A stretch of DNA of 64,000 bases from positions 39,421 to 103,420 of the forward strand of contig CAVPKK010000001.1 of the NCBI GenBank assembly GCA_963705705.1, in the 5' to 3' direction. Shown here one piece after another: positions 10,810-19,140 of the stretch. Below the pieces are notes generated by a model. The model ran no database searches and was not told where the DNA came from. It saw only the letters and a program-made list of their open reading frames with translations. This DNA is from an uncultured bacterium. GTDB taxonomy: Bacteria > Babelota > Babeliae > Babelales > JABCYS01. The translations under genes were made by a program, and so were the position numbers. Position 1 is the stretch's first letter; every line of letters begins with the position of its first letter.

Positions 10810-11625
10810 ATGGAAATAAAAAAATTAGGTGTATTTGATTCCGGCATTGGCGGATTATCCGTTCTTCAAGAGCTTTTTAAATTGCCAATACCAAACTTTG
10901 TTTATTTTGCTGACACCAAGAACTTGCCTTATGGTGAAAAGAGTCCGCAACAAATTAAAGAGTTCACTCTCAACGCCGTGCGCTTTCTGGTTGAAAAGGA
11001 ACAGACTAACGCCATCGTGCTTGCTTGCCATACCGCCTCGGCCATAGCCTTAGAGCATGTACAAATAGCCTTCCCCGATATATCAATTTTTGGTGTAATT
11101 GATCCGGTGGTGCAGGCTGCAGTTACAGCCACAAAAAACCAGCGCATTGGCATAATAGGCACGCCGGCTACGGTCGCTAGTGGCATGCATAAAGCCAAAA
11201 TTCTCAAACTCAATTCGGCATTCCAGATTTTTGCCCAAGCTGCTCCAAAATTGGTACCACTTATTGAAGATGGCAAACAAAAAACCTCTGCCATGACAGC
11301 AGCGATTTGGGAATACCTTGCCCCGCTGCAAGATGCTGGCATCGATACCTTAATTATTGGCTGTACGCATTATGAGCTTATTAAAGATGAAATACGCGAA
11401 TTAGCAGGAACCCCTGTACAGCTCGTCAGCGCACCCGAACTTACTTTAATGGCTTTAAAAGCCGGCTTGGGCAATTCTGCCAACCATCCACAAAAATGCT
11501 TCTACCATGTTTCTGGCGATCTCCAAAAGTTCATACTAAATGCCAGGAAAATTGGCATTGGGCTAGAAATTAATAGCCCGGAGAATTCAGGTCCTATTGT
11601 TGCGGGCCATTTGCTTGAGCATTAA
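10810..11625 (+). CDS. murI: Glutamate racemase
   Basis: FDSGIGGLSV, PYGEKS, ACHTAS and GCTHY catalytic Cys motifs. Confidence 0.96.
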   Translation: MEIKKLGVFDSGIGGLSVLQELFKLPIPNFVYFADTKNLPYGEKSPQQIKEFTLNAVRFLVEKEQTNAIVLACHTASAIALEHVQIAFPDISIFGVIDPVVQAAVTATKNQRIGIIGTPATVASGMHKAKILKLNSAFQIFAQAAPKLVPLIEDGKQKTSAMTAAIWEYLAPLQDAGIDTLIIGCTHYELIKDEIRELAGTPVQLVSAPELTLMALKAGLGNSANHPQKCFYHVSGDLQKFILNARKIGIGLEINSPENSGPIVAGHLLEH

Positions 11626-11686
11626 AAATATGTAACCTGCACTCCCCGATAATTTAGGTAGGTTTAGGGTAAAGGGTTAGAATATT

Positions 11687-12025
11687 ATGATTATGAAACA
11701 TTTCTTTACGCTTTCGATACTAGGGGCCCTGCCAATTTTAGGTGGTTCTGCAACTAGTTCTTTACCAAACAAAAACTCTAATGCAGCAATACAATCTACA
11801 TGCGAGCTTCACCGCCAAAGAATGTTACGCCGATTTACGCTCATGGAACTGCTCGCTCAAACGAATGAAAAATTAGGGCAAAGCAATGGCATGGATAGTC
11901 GTGAAAAAGAACTTAAATCGATTATTGAGCGACTCAATACTGAACTAGATACGCTGAACCAAGAACTTGGACCTCTGCAAGAAAGCTCTCGCGATGGAAC
12001 ATTCCTTGGCTGCGAGATCATGTAA
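11687..12025 (+). CDS. Small secreted coiled-coil protein ending in CaaX-like CEIM
   Basis: Signal-like N-terminus, helical heptads, 3' end GGC TGC GAG ATC ATG TAA. Confidence 0.65.
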   Translation: MIMKHFFTLSILGALPILGGSATSSLPNKNSNAAIQSTCELHRQRMLRRFTLMELLAQTNEKLGQSNGMDSREKELKSIIERLNTELDTLNQELGPLQESSRDGTFLGCEIM

Positions 12026-12087
12026 GGTGACTATGTTGGTCGACCGTGGTATAGATGTTGCATCAAGGCTCCAATAATAGGAACACA

Positions 12088-12909
12088 ATGAATAGCAAAA
12101 AATTGATCTTCATGGCCATCGCATGCAATTCAATTGCTGCCTTGGCAACAAGTGCTGCACCAACTGAGGCACTAGCATTCCAACAATTCCAAGCTGGCCA
12201 AATTGCGGCGCTTACCCAATCAACAGACAGTGAGGTTATTGAATTTTCAGCCCATGACTCTCTGATCTCTGTACGAGCCCTCTTGCTCAATCTGGGAGCT
12301 GTAACTGACCCGGGCAAAGAACCTGCTTTAAAAAGGTTACGCAAAGAATTGCAAAGCCTCTTACAGTTAGCAGAGAAACAAATGAAAGATAATTCGGCAA
12401 GTCCACGTGATGAGATTGAACAGAAAGCCCGATCATCCCAATCTTTTTGTGCCGCAAAAAGTATCGAGCCATTACCTATTACCCCAGCAATTTGCACTAA
12501 GTTGCTAGGGACCTGTCCATTTACTCAGCGAACTATTGAAGCTGAGATTAATAATGATTCATTGACAGTGCAGGTATTTGTACGATTAGAAGATTCATCT
12601 AACCCACCCAGGAATCCGGATGTTTCGCTCGTTCCGGAACCAGAGCTCTTCGCAACCGCAATGACCATAGAGTTGCCTAAGACAAAAAAATATCAGTTGT
12701 CTTATATCGATGTTCATCGAAATAATGTTTTCTCTATTTATTTAAAAGAAGCTGGCAAAGCGAAAGAGAAACGTATGACTTTTATGACTGCACACAACCA
12801 TCCCGTATATCGTTATTGTGGTGCTCATGATGGGTATATGAAACTGTACTTCAACGATTTAGATACCGGAAAAAATGAAGAAGCTGGTTGGGGTTGCGCT
12901 ATAATGTAG
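12088..12909 (+). CDS. Secreted hypothetical protein ending in CaaX box CAIM
   Basis: Start moved to ATG 12088 (AGGA upstream); signal MNSKKLIFMAIACNSIAALA; 3' end TGC GCT ATA ATG TAG. Confidence 0.72.
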   Translation: MNSKKLIFMAIACNSIAALATSAAPTEALAFQQFQAGQIAALTQSTDSEVIEFSAHDSLISVRALLLNLGAVTDPGKEPALKRLRKELQSLLQLAEKQMKDNSASPRDEIEQKARSSQSFCAAKSIEPLPITPAICTKLLGTCPFTQRTIEAEINNDSLTVQVFVRLEDSSNPPRNPDVSLVPEPELFATAMTIELPKTKKYQLSYIDVHRNNVFSIYLKEAGKAKEKRMTFMTAHNHPVYRYCGAHDGYMKLYFNDLDTGKNEEAGWGCAIM

Positions 12910-12972
12910 CTATCTATAAATCTTATCTTAAGCTATTCTCCCGGCTAGGTTTTTTTTAAAAAGGGCTAGAAC

Positions 12973-13509
12973 ATGAGAATGCAACCGCGACAATTTCGAA
13001 TTGGCGAATTGGCAAAAAATCTAGGTGTAGAGCGTTTTGTGGTGCGATTCTGGGAAAAGGAATTTGGACTCAGCACCGCTCGATCCGAAGGCGGCCAACG
13101 TTTTTTTGAAGAAAAAGATCTTGAAAAATTACAGCTCATAAAAAAATTGTTGTATGAAGATGGCCTCACCATAGCCGGTGCAAAAAGAATCTTGGCCGAC
13201 AAAGAAAGACTCAAATTAATTGTACCTTCTCACATAACTACCATGGAAGAAGAAGTGGTAGAGACAGCTCCCCACATTACTTTAGCAGAACATGAACTAG
13301 CCGGCTGCACACCGGATAATTGCAAACTTCGTGATCAATTTGATCAGCTCAAAGACCAATTAATTAAATTAAAAAAGATTTTATTAAAAGTGCAGTTTCA
13401 ACCAGCTGAATCATTAACATCGGCTGAAGAATTACAACAAAGTGAAACGCAACTCAGCATGTCAGAAACGTCTACTCCCGATTCGGACATAGTTCAATCA
13501 ACTGGATAA
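12973..13509 (+). CDS. MerR-family transcriptional regulator
   Basis: FRIGELAKNLGVERFVVRFWEKEF...GGQR...IKKLLYEDGLTIAGA HTH signature. Confidence 0.9.
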   Translation: MRMQPRQFRIGELAKNLGVERFVVRFWEKEFGLSTARSEGGQRFFEEKDLEKLQLIKKLLYEDGLTIAGAKRILADKERLKLIVPSHITTMEEEVVETAPHITLAEHELAGCTPDNCKLRDQFDQLKDQLIKLKKILLKVQFQPAESLTSAEELQQSETQLSMSETSTPDSDIVQSTG

Positions 13510-13520
13510 TTTTAAACAAC

Positions 13521-14933
13521 ATGTATCGCAAAACATCACATTTACATTTCGTTGGCATCGGCGGTATCGGCATGAGCGGTATTGCCAAAATTCTTAAATA
13601 CCAAGGCTATTTTGTTTCGGGCTGCGATTTGGATTTAGAGCAAAAATCGGTTGAAGAACTTGTTGAGCTCGGCTGCCCTATAACCCATGGCCATAACACC
13701 CCTGCTTGTCACGATCCATCTATTGATGTTTTGGTTTATTCATCAGCAGTTAACGGCTCAAGCCCGGAAATTATTGCGGCCCAGCAGCGGGGTATTCCAA
13801 CAATTCCGCGTGCTCTCATGCTCGCTGAACTCATGCGAATGAAATACAGTATAGGAATTGCCGGATCTCATGGTAAAACAACCACAACCTCCATGGTCTC
13901 ACATATTTTGATAGAGGGGCGGTTGGATCCGACTGTAATAATTGGTGGTCATTTAAAAAATATTTCAGCACATGCTCGGCTAGGCAAGGGCGACTTCCTG
14001 GTTGCAGAAACCGATGAGAGCGATCGCTCATTTTTGTATCTCTACACAACGCTCGGCGTTGTTACCAATATTGATTTGGAACATTTGGAAACGTATACCG
14101 ATATGCAGGATATTAAGGAAACATTTAAAAAGTTTCTGAACAACCTGCCCTTCTATGGCAAAGCGATTGTGTGTGTTGATGATGAACAAGTTCGTTCACT
14201 ACTTCCGATGCCACATATTAAAACAATAAAATATGGGTTAGAGGATAACCGGGAATTGGCTGATATATATGCCACCAATATCACTCTGCAGGCTGATCAT
14301 TCCACCTTTACCATCTTTAGTAAGGCTGATCCACAATCTGAATTCAAAGAACTTGGTATGGTTACCTTGGCAATGCCAGGGCGTCATAATATTTTAAATT
14401 CATTAGCGGCGACTACCGTAGCATTAGAATTGGGCGTATCATTTGATACTATTGCCACTGCATTAGCAACTTTTAAAGGCGTTGATAGGCGCTTCAGCTT
14501 CAAAGGTACTTTCAATGGTGCCGAATTATTTGATGATTATGGTCATCATCCAAATGAAATTTACAACACGTTGTTAGTAGCAAAGAGACGTGCACAAAAA
14601 AAATTAACCGTGGTTTTCCAACCGCATCGTTTTACACGGACTCATAAACTCTGGGACAGCTTCATAGATCTTTTTGCCAAGAGTGATCTTAACCATCTAA
14701 TTATTACCGATATCCATGCTGCCCATGAGCAACCAATCGATGGCATAACGGCTGAAAAATTAGCGATGGCCATTAAAGAGCGGAATCCAGCTTGCTTGGT
14801 CAGTTATGTACCTTTGGACCCTTCATTTTCACAAATCTCAGCTAAACTGGTTCCCCTTGTGGCAGCCGGTGACCTAGTACTCCTCCAGGGTGCTGGTAAA
14901 ATAAATAAACTTGCCGAAAAGCTCTGCCCCTAA
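13521..14933 (+). CDS. murC: UDP-N-acetylmuramate--L-alanine ligase
   Basis: HFVGIGGIGMSGIA, GSHGKTTTT, ETDESD, DDYGHHP, FQPHRFTRT. Confidence 0.97.
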   Translation: MYRKTSHLHFVGIGGIGMSGIAKILKYQGYFVSGCDLDLEQKSVEELVELGCPITHGHNTPACHDPSIDVLVYSSAVNGSSPEIIAAQQRGIPTIPRALMLAELMRMKYSIGIAGSHGKTTTTSMVSHILIEGRLDPTVIIGGHLKNISAHARLGKGDFLVAETDESDRSFLYLYTTLGVVTNIDLEHLETYTDMQDIKETFKKFLNNLPFYGKAIVCVDDEQVRSLLPMPHIKTIKYGLEDNRELADIYATNITLQADHSTFTIFSKADPQSEFKELGMVTLAMPGRHNILNSLAATTVALELGVSFDTIATALATFKGVDRRFSFKGTFNGAELFDDYGHHPNEIYNTLLVAKRRAQKKLTVVFQPHRFTRTHKLWDSFIDLFAKSDLNHLIITDIHAAHEQPIDGITAEKLAMAIKERNPACLVSYVPLDPSFSQISAKLVPLVAAGDLVLLQGAGKINKLAEKLCP

Positions 14934-15070
14934 GGGACTATTGCCATTTGTTTACGTTGTGATTATTTGATAGGCTAATGGTCCTATTCACTATATCTTA
15001 ACTAAATAAGGCTCCTCCTTTATTGGCTGTGCCCGGCATGGTCCAAGAGGCGAAGCCGGGAGTAAACATC

Positions 15071-15835
15071 ATGTTAAAACAACTAAAATGTATGACCCTC
15101 TTAGGTGTTGCCCTAGCTGCTGCGCCAGTTTCTGCTCGAGGTGGCTTTGGTGCCGCATTCGGTGGTGCATTGATCGGTACTGCTGTTGGCTCTATTGTTG
15201 CTAGCAGTTTGGCATGTTCATCGTGCTGCGATTGCTATTACTGCGATCCTTATGCAGCTGCTGAAGCTCAAGCGATTCGCGAAGAAGCACGTGCCCGAAA
15301 ACATGAACGCCGTATGTTTGAAGAAATGCGCCGTCAAGAAGAGGCAGAAATCCGTCGCCAAGAACGTGAAGCTCGCCGCAGACGCCGTATCACCGAAGTT
15401 CATACCATCACTCTACCTGCACCGAGCTGTGTGCTTATACAAGAACGACCAATCGTTGTGAAAGAAGTAAGACCAGTAGTTAGACAAACAACGACCGTTG
15501 TAAAAGAAGTACAAACACCTCGCCCTGCTCCAGCACCACGTTATTCGCCAGCACCTCGTCCGGCTCAAAAGCCACAAAAGGTAGTTGCTGCAAAACGCCC
15601 GGTTGTTAAGGAAGTTAAAGAAGTAAAACAAGTAAAAGAAGCACATAAAGTTGCTGAACTTAATGCGCAACGTGCCTTGGAAGAGGCGCGCACTAAACGC
15701 GCAGAAGCAGAAATGAAACTGGCAAAAGCACGCAAAGATGCGGCCGATGCTGAAGCTGCCCTTGCTCGAGCACACAAGCAAGCTTATGCTGCTGAATCAG
15801 AATTAAGCTACGTTAAAGAAATGTTTCTTAACTAA
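15071..15835 (+). CDS. Secreted protein with glycine-zipper-like segment, Cys cluster and charged coiled coils
   Basis: ATG 15071 after GGAG; signal MLKQLKCMTLLGVALAAAPVSA; GGFGAAFGGALIG; CSSCCDCYYC; VKEV repeats. Confidence 0.75.
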   Translation: MLKQLKCMTLLGVALAAAPVSARGGFGAAFGGALIGTAVGSIVASSLACSSCCDCYYCDPYAAAEAQAIREEARARKHERRMFEEMRRQEEAEIRRQEREARRRRRITEVHTITLPAPSCVLIQERPIVVKEVRPVVRQTTTVVKEVQTPRPAPAPRYSPAPRPAQKPQKVVAAKRPVVKEVKEVKQVKEAHKVAELNAQRALEEARTKRAEAEMKLAKARKDAADAEAALARAHKQAYAAESELSYVKEMFLN

Positions 15836-15866
15836 AAGAGCTACCTGAATCTTTCTAAAATAACAT

Positions 15867-15899
15867 AACCCCGCAAGCCATTTGGTTTGTGGGGTTTTT
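15867..15899 (+). terminator. Intrinsic terminator
   Basis: AACCCCGCAAGCCA-TT-TGGTTTGTGGGGTT stem followed by a T run, just after 15835. Confidence 0.75.
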
Positions 15900-16068
15900 G
15901 TTTGCCAGATAATCAATCGCGTCAACAAAACGCTCATGAAGCTGCCAGGGCTTTGTTGCTCTCCGCCTAAGCTCATCATTAAAGCTCACTATTGAATTCC
16001 CGAATTCGACTATGCTACCATCGAGATAGACAATACTACCTTGCAACACAACAAAAAAAGGATAACTC

Positions 16069-16344
16069 ATGGTACGTAGACTGTTTATTTGCTTAACGAT
16101 TCTAACCGCTGTGCCTGTCCTCGCGGGACGCAGCACCCCGGATTCTATGGGTCGCAAACTCACTCGCAGACAAAAAATGAGATTACCTGCGGTATGCGAG
16201 GATCAACTTGTTGAATGCCTGAAAGAAGCATTGGTAGAAAAAGAACCTGTGCGCGGGCAAAGAATTAAAGAATGTAATGAAGAAGCACATCGATGCCAGG
16301 AAAGAACTCCTTCCCCGATGGTCGTATCAGATGATGATGAATAG
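16069..16344 (+). CDS. Small secreted twin-CX6C protein
   Basis: AAGGA RBS; signal MVRRLFICLTILTAVPVLA; C-x6-C-x18-C-x6-C. Confidence 0.7.
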   Translation: MVRRLFICLTILTAVPVLAGRSTPDSMGRKLTRRQKMRLPAVCEDQLVECLKEALVEKEPVRGQRIKECNEEAHRCQERTPSPMVVSDDDE

Positions 16345-16364
16345 CAAATAATTGGAGAGAAACA

Positions 16365-16685
16365 ATGATACGTCGTTTATTTATTTTATTAGCATTGCTT
16401 ACTGCAGTACAATCGATTCAAGCTCGCAGGGGCTGGGGTGGTGGCTTCGGCGCCGGTCTAGCAACTGGAGCAGTTGTAGGCGGTGTTGCTGGTGCGGCAA
16501 GCCGTCGTCGCAGCGTGTATGTTGTTGATGGCAACCAAGGTAGACCTGCTAGTACGTGCCAATCTCGCAATCAAGATTGCCTAGATTTTGCTAATAGCAT
16601 GGCTGAGAATGATGAGCAGTATAATGATATGGTGCGAAAATGCCGCGCTAATTACAATAACTGCATACGCCAAAATGGCTTTTAA
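16365..16685 (+). CDS. Small secreted Gly-rich, twin-CX6C protein
   Basis: GGAG RBS; signal MIRRLFILLALLTAVQSIQA; GFGAGLATGAVVGG; C-x6-C-x20-C-x6-C. Confidence 0.75.
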   Translation: MIRRLFILLALLTAVQSIQARRGWGGGFGAGLATGAVVGGVAGAASRRRSVYVVDGNQGRPASTCQSRNQDCLDFANSMAENDEQYNDMVRKCRANYNNCIRQNGF

Positions 16686-16721
16686 TTAATCTGAGACCTA
16701 ACGATACTCTTTTTCAGAACC

Positions 16722-16758
16722 AAGAAACCCGCAGCGTATGAACACTGCGGGTTTTCTT
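16722..16758. terminator. Probable bidirectional terminator between convergent genes
   Basis: AAACCCGCAG...CTGCGGGTTT stem flanked by A and T runs. Confidence 0.75.
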
Positions 16759-16797
16759 GTTGTTATTTGTGTGGCTGCCTGAATCGGGTAGCAATTA

Positions 16798-17235
16798 TTA
16801 AGCAGCAGGGCTTGCAGACTTAACTTTATTCTTTGGCATTACTGGTGCAGCGGCTTCTTTTTGTTCTTTGGTAAGAACTAATTCAGCAACACGTGCAGCC
16901 TTACCAACGCGATTACGTAGATAATAAAGTTTTGCTCGGCGAACAGCGCCTCTGCGTTTAAAGGTAATAGCTTCGATGGTTGGGTGTAGAACGGGAATAT
17001 TCGTTCAACGGCCACAGAATTAGCGCCAAGTTTTCGTACGGTAAAAGGTGCTGGAAGCGCCATTATTTTTGATCGCGATTACATCGCCTTCGAAATCTTG
17101 GATACGTTCCTTATCGCCTTCTTTAATTTTGGTTGATACTACGATGGTATCACCCACATTAAAAGCAGGGAAATTTCGCTCTACTAGTCGCTAAGTTTTT
17201 TGATTTGTTTCGCGCGTATAATGTTTTGCTTCCAT
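16798..17235 (-). pseudogene. rplS: 50S ribosomal protein L19, disrupted reading frame (pseudogene or sequencing errors)
   Basis: Manual translation gives MEAKHYTRET...[27 protein letters not shown], then [18 protein letters not shown] in another frame, then [14 protein letters not shown]; in-frame TAG at 17191-17193 and indels near 17043-17046 and ~16985; lies directly after trmD as expected. Confidence 0.9.
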
Positions 17236-17379
17236 TGCAAGATCCTCTAAGGAGCCAATTTATATATTTTCGAAATGGACTTCTAATATAAAGCAATTCT
17301 GTCTGAGTGCCAAATCCTTAACCGCTTTCACGCCATCAGGAGTTACATGGGTCACAATTTTTATGCAATCGAAGACTTT

Positions 17380-18801
17380 CTACCGCCTGTGGGTCCCAGC
17401 CAGCCACCTATCAAAGATAACTGCTGCTGCCGAGCGTACAGATAAATGGTTATAGTCGGTAAAGCCTTTAATAGGCGGCAATATATAATCACAGCGCTGC
17501 AATAGCCTCTGCGATAACCCTCGGCCAGTCCCAAAAACCAGTAAAATCGGCCGACCGCTTGCCCATACCTTAGCCTGGTCATTAAAGCCAATGTTCGGTA
17601 CCCCGGTCACCGGCCTTGCCGAAGTAGCAATGACCAAGGGCTTTTGTCCCTCTTTTTCCTCAATAGCTGCTAAACAGCGATCAAAATTTTCTGCCAACTG
17701 GACAAACTGTAATGCTTCATGGCGCTCAGGATTATAATCTATACCAACTTCGGCACGCCAGAAATTTAATAATCGTTCGGCTATCCGTTCCTGATCTGCC
17801 AGGCTAGTGACCAAAAAATACCCTGCCAACCCATAGGTTCTGGCCGATCGGGCAATGTCATGGATATCAAGGGAGGTGATGGAGGTTGTGCCTTCAACAA
17901 TTTTGGCTACCGTATGGGCCAACTCCCCTTCACCCTCCACTAGTTCTTGCTTGACCAATACCTCATTATGCATGAGAACCGCGTAATGCGGCGGGATATA
18001 GCTAGCCCCCAGATCTCGTTCCTGCGTGGTCATTTCGCTGGTGCGGAACCAATCTAAATGTTCACGGACGGTTTTTTTCGCTGCTGTCTCGAGTTGCCAT
18101 TTTTGTATCGCTGCATGGTTGCCCGACCTGATAATTGGCGGCACTTCCTGTCCGTGCCAGACTACCGGTTCGGTATATTCCGGGTGATCAAGGAAAGGGC
18201 CGGTAAATGAATCATGAATGACTGATTCTTGGCGTCCGACCACTCCAGGCACCAGGCGAAGAAATCCCTCAAGGAAAACCATTGCTGGGATATCACCCCC
18301 CATAACCACATAGTCGCCGATTGAGATTACTAGGTCGGCATATGCTTCCTCTACGCGCGCGTCCATTCCTTCGTAGCGGCCACAAATCAGCATGAGATGG
18401 GGCAGCCGCTGATTCTGATATTCCGATTTTTCCATAATGCTTAGGATATATTCCGCGAACTGGGTCGAAGGATCGGTAACAAGTTCTCGTACTTTTTCAT
18501 ACGTTTCCTTTAATAATGGCTCAGTGAGTTTCTTGCCCTGGGGCGAAAAGAATATTTTGAATGCCGTCCCAAATTGTTGCTCATGATCAATGATGGCTTG
18601 AGCAACAATGGTCGGCTTTAGGAGCATGCCAGCACCATGGCCAAAGGTTGGTGCATCTATGCGTTCAGTTGGTTTGGCGTAGGAGAAAAATGAGGTGGTT
18701 TTAATATTGACCGTGCCCTTTTCACGCGCCCTCTTAATGAGGCTGGTGTTAAGGAATGGCTCGTATAACTCGGGAAAGACGGTCAGGATTGATATGTTCA
18801 T
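17380..18801 (-). CDS. trmD: tRNA (guanine37-N1)-methyltransferase fused to a C-terminal SPOUT-type RNA methyltransferase domain
   Basis: FGHGAGMLL, CGRYEGMDAR, SIGDYVVMGGD, SGNHAAI; C-terminal DIHDIARSARTYG...YNHLSVRSAAA (Methyltrn_RNA_4/DUF2168-like). Confidence 0.93.
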   Translation of the reverse strand: MNISILTVFPELYEPFLNTSLIKRAREKGTVNIKTTSFFSYAKPTERIDAPTFGHGAGMLLKPTIVAQAIIDHEQQFGTAFKIFFSPQGKKLTEPLLKETYEKVRELVTDPSTQFAEYILSIMEKSEYQNQRLPHLMLICGRYEGMDARVEEAYADLVISIGDYVVMGGDIPAMVFLEGFLRLVPGVVGRQESVIHDSFTGPFLDHPEYTEPVVWHGQEVPPIIRSGNHAAIQKWQLETAAKKTVREHLDWFRTSEMTTQERDLGASYIPPHYAVLMHNEVLVKQELVEGEGELAHTVAKIVEGTTSITSLDIHDIARSARTYGLAGYFLVTSLADQERIAERLLNFWRAEVGIDYNPERHEALQFVQLAENFDRCLAAIEEKEGQKPLVIATSARPVTGVPNIGFNDQAKVWASGRPILLVFGTGRGLSQRLLQRCDYILPPIKGFTDYNHLSVRSAAAVIFDRWLAGTHRR

Positions 18802-18814
18802 ATAAGAATAAGAA

Positions 18815-18851
18815 AACTGCAGAACTAGAAGTTACTCCTAATTCTGCAGTT
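18815..18851 (-). terminator. Hairpin or terminator between rpsP and trmD
   Basis: AACTGCAGAA...TTCTGCAGTT inverted repeat followed on the minus strand by T-rich TTCTTATTCTT. Confidence 0.55.
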
Positions 18852-18875
18852 ATAATCAATTTAAAGGTAACAAAC

Positions 18876-19127
18876 TTACCCGTTTGCTGGTTTGCTGGTA
18901 AATACCTTGTGTAGGCGAGCAGCGGTATCACTTAATACAGCGCCCTTCTTTATCCAGCTTTGCACTTTATCAAGGTGGTATTGTACAAATTGCTTACGTT
19001 CTGGATCATACGTACCCAAGTTTTCAATATATTCGCCATTGCGCTTTTTGCGTGAATCAATAGCTACGAATCGATACATAGGTGCGGCTTTTTTGCCAAT
19101 ACGAGCAAGTCTTATTTTTACTGCCAT
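18876..19127 (-). CDS. rpsP: 30S ribosomal protein S16
   Basis: MAVKIRLARIGKK..P.YR.VAIDSR..R.G.YIE.LGTYDP. Confidence 0.97.
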   Translation of the reverse strand: MAVKIRLARIGKKAAPMYRFVAIDSRKKRNGEYIENLGTYDPERKQFVQYHLDKVQSWIKKGAVLSDTAARLHKVFTSKPANG

Positions 19128-19140
19128 GTAGGTCCTGTAA

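Noticed and set aside
12530..12580. HSP20/alpha-crystallin-like segment (IEAEINNDSLTV) in the CAIM protein
   Set aside because: Match too short to support a domain call without a profile search
15032..15060. CCCGGC...GCCGGG hairpin as a riboswitch or repeat
   Set aside because: Short single stem beside the RBS with no recognisable riboswitch consensus or second clear copy
16878..17063. 61-aa ORF from the track
   Set aside because: Only the middle frame of the frameshifted rplS
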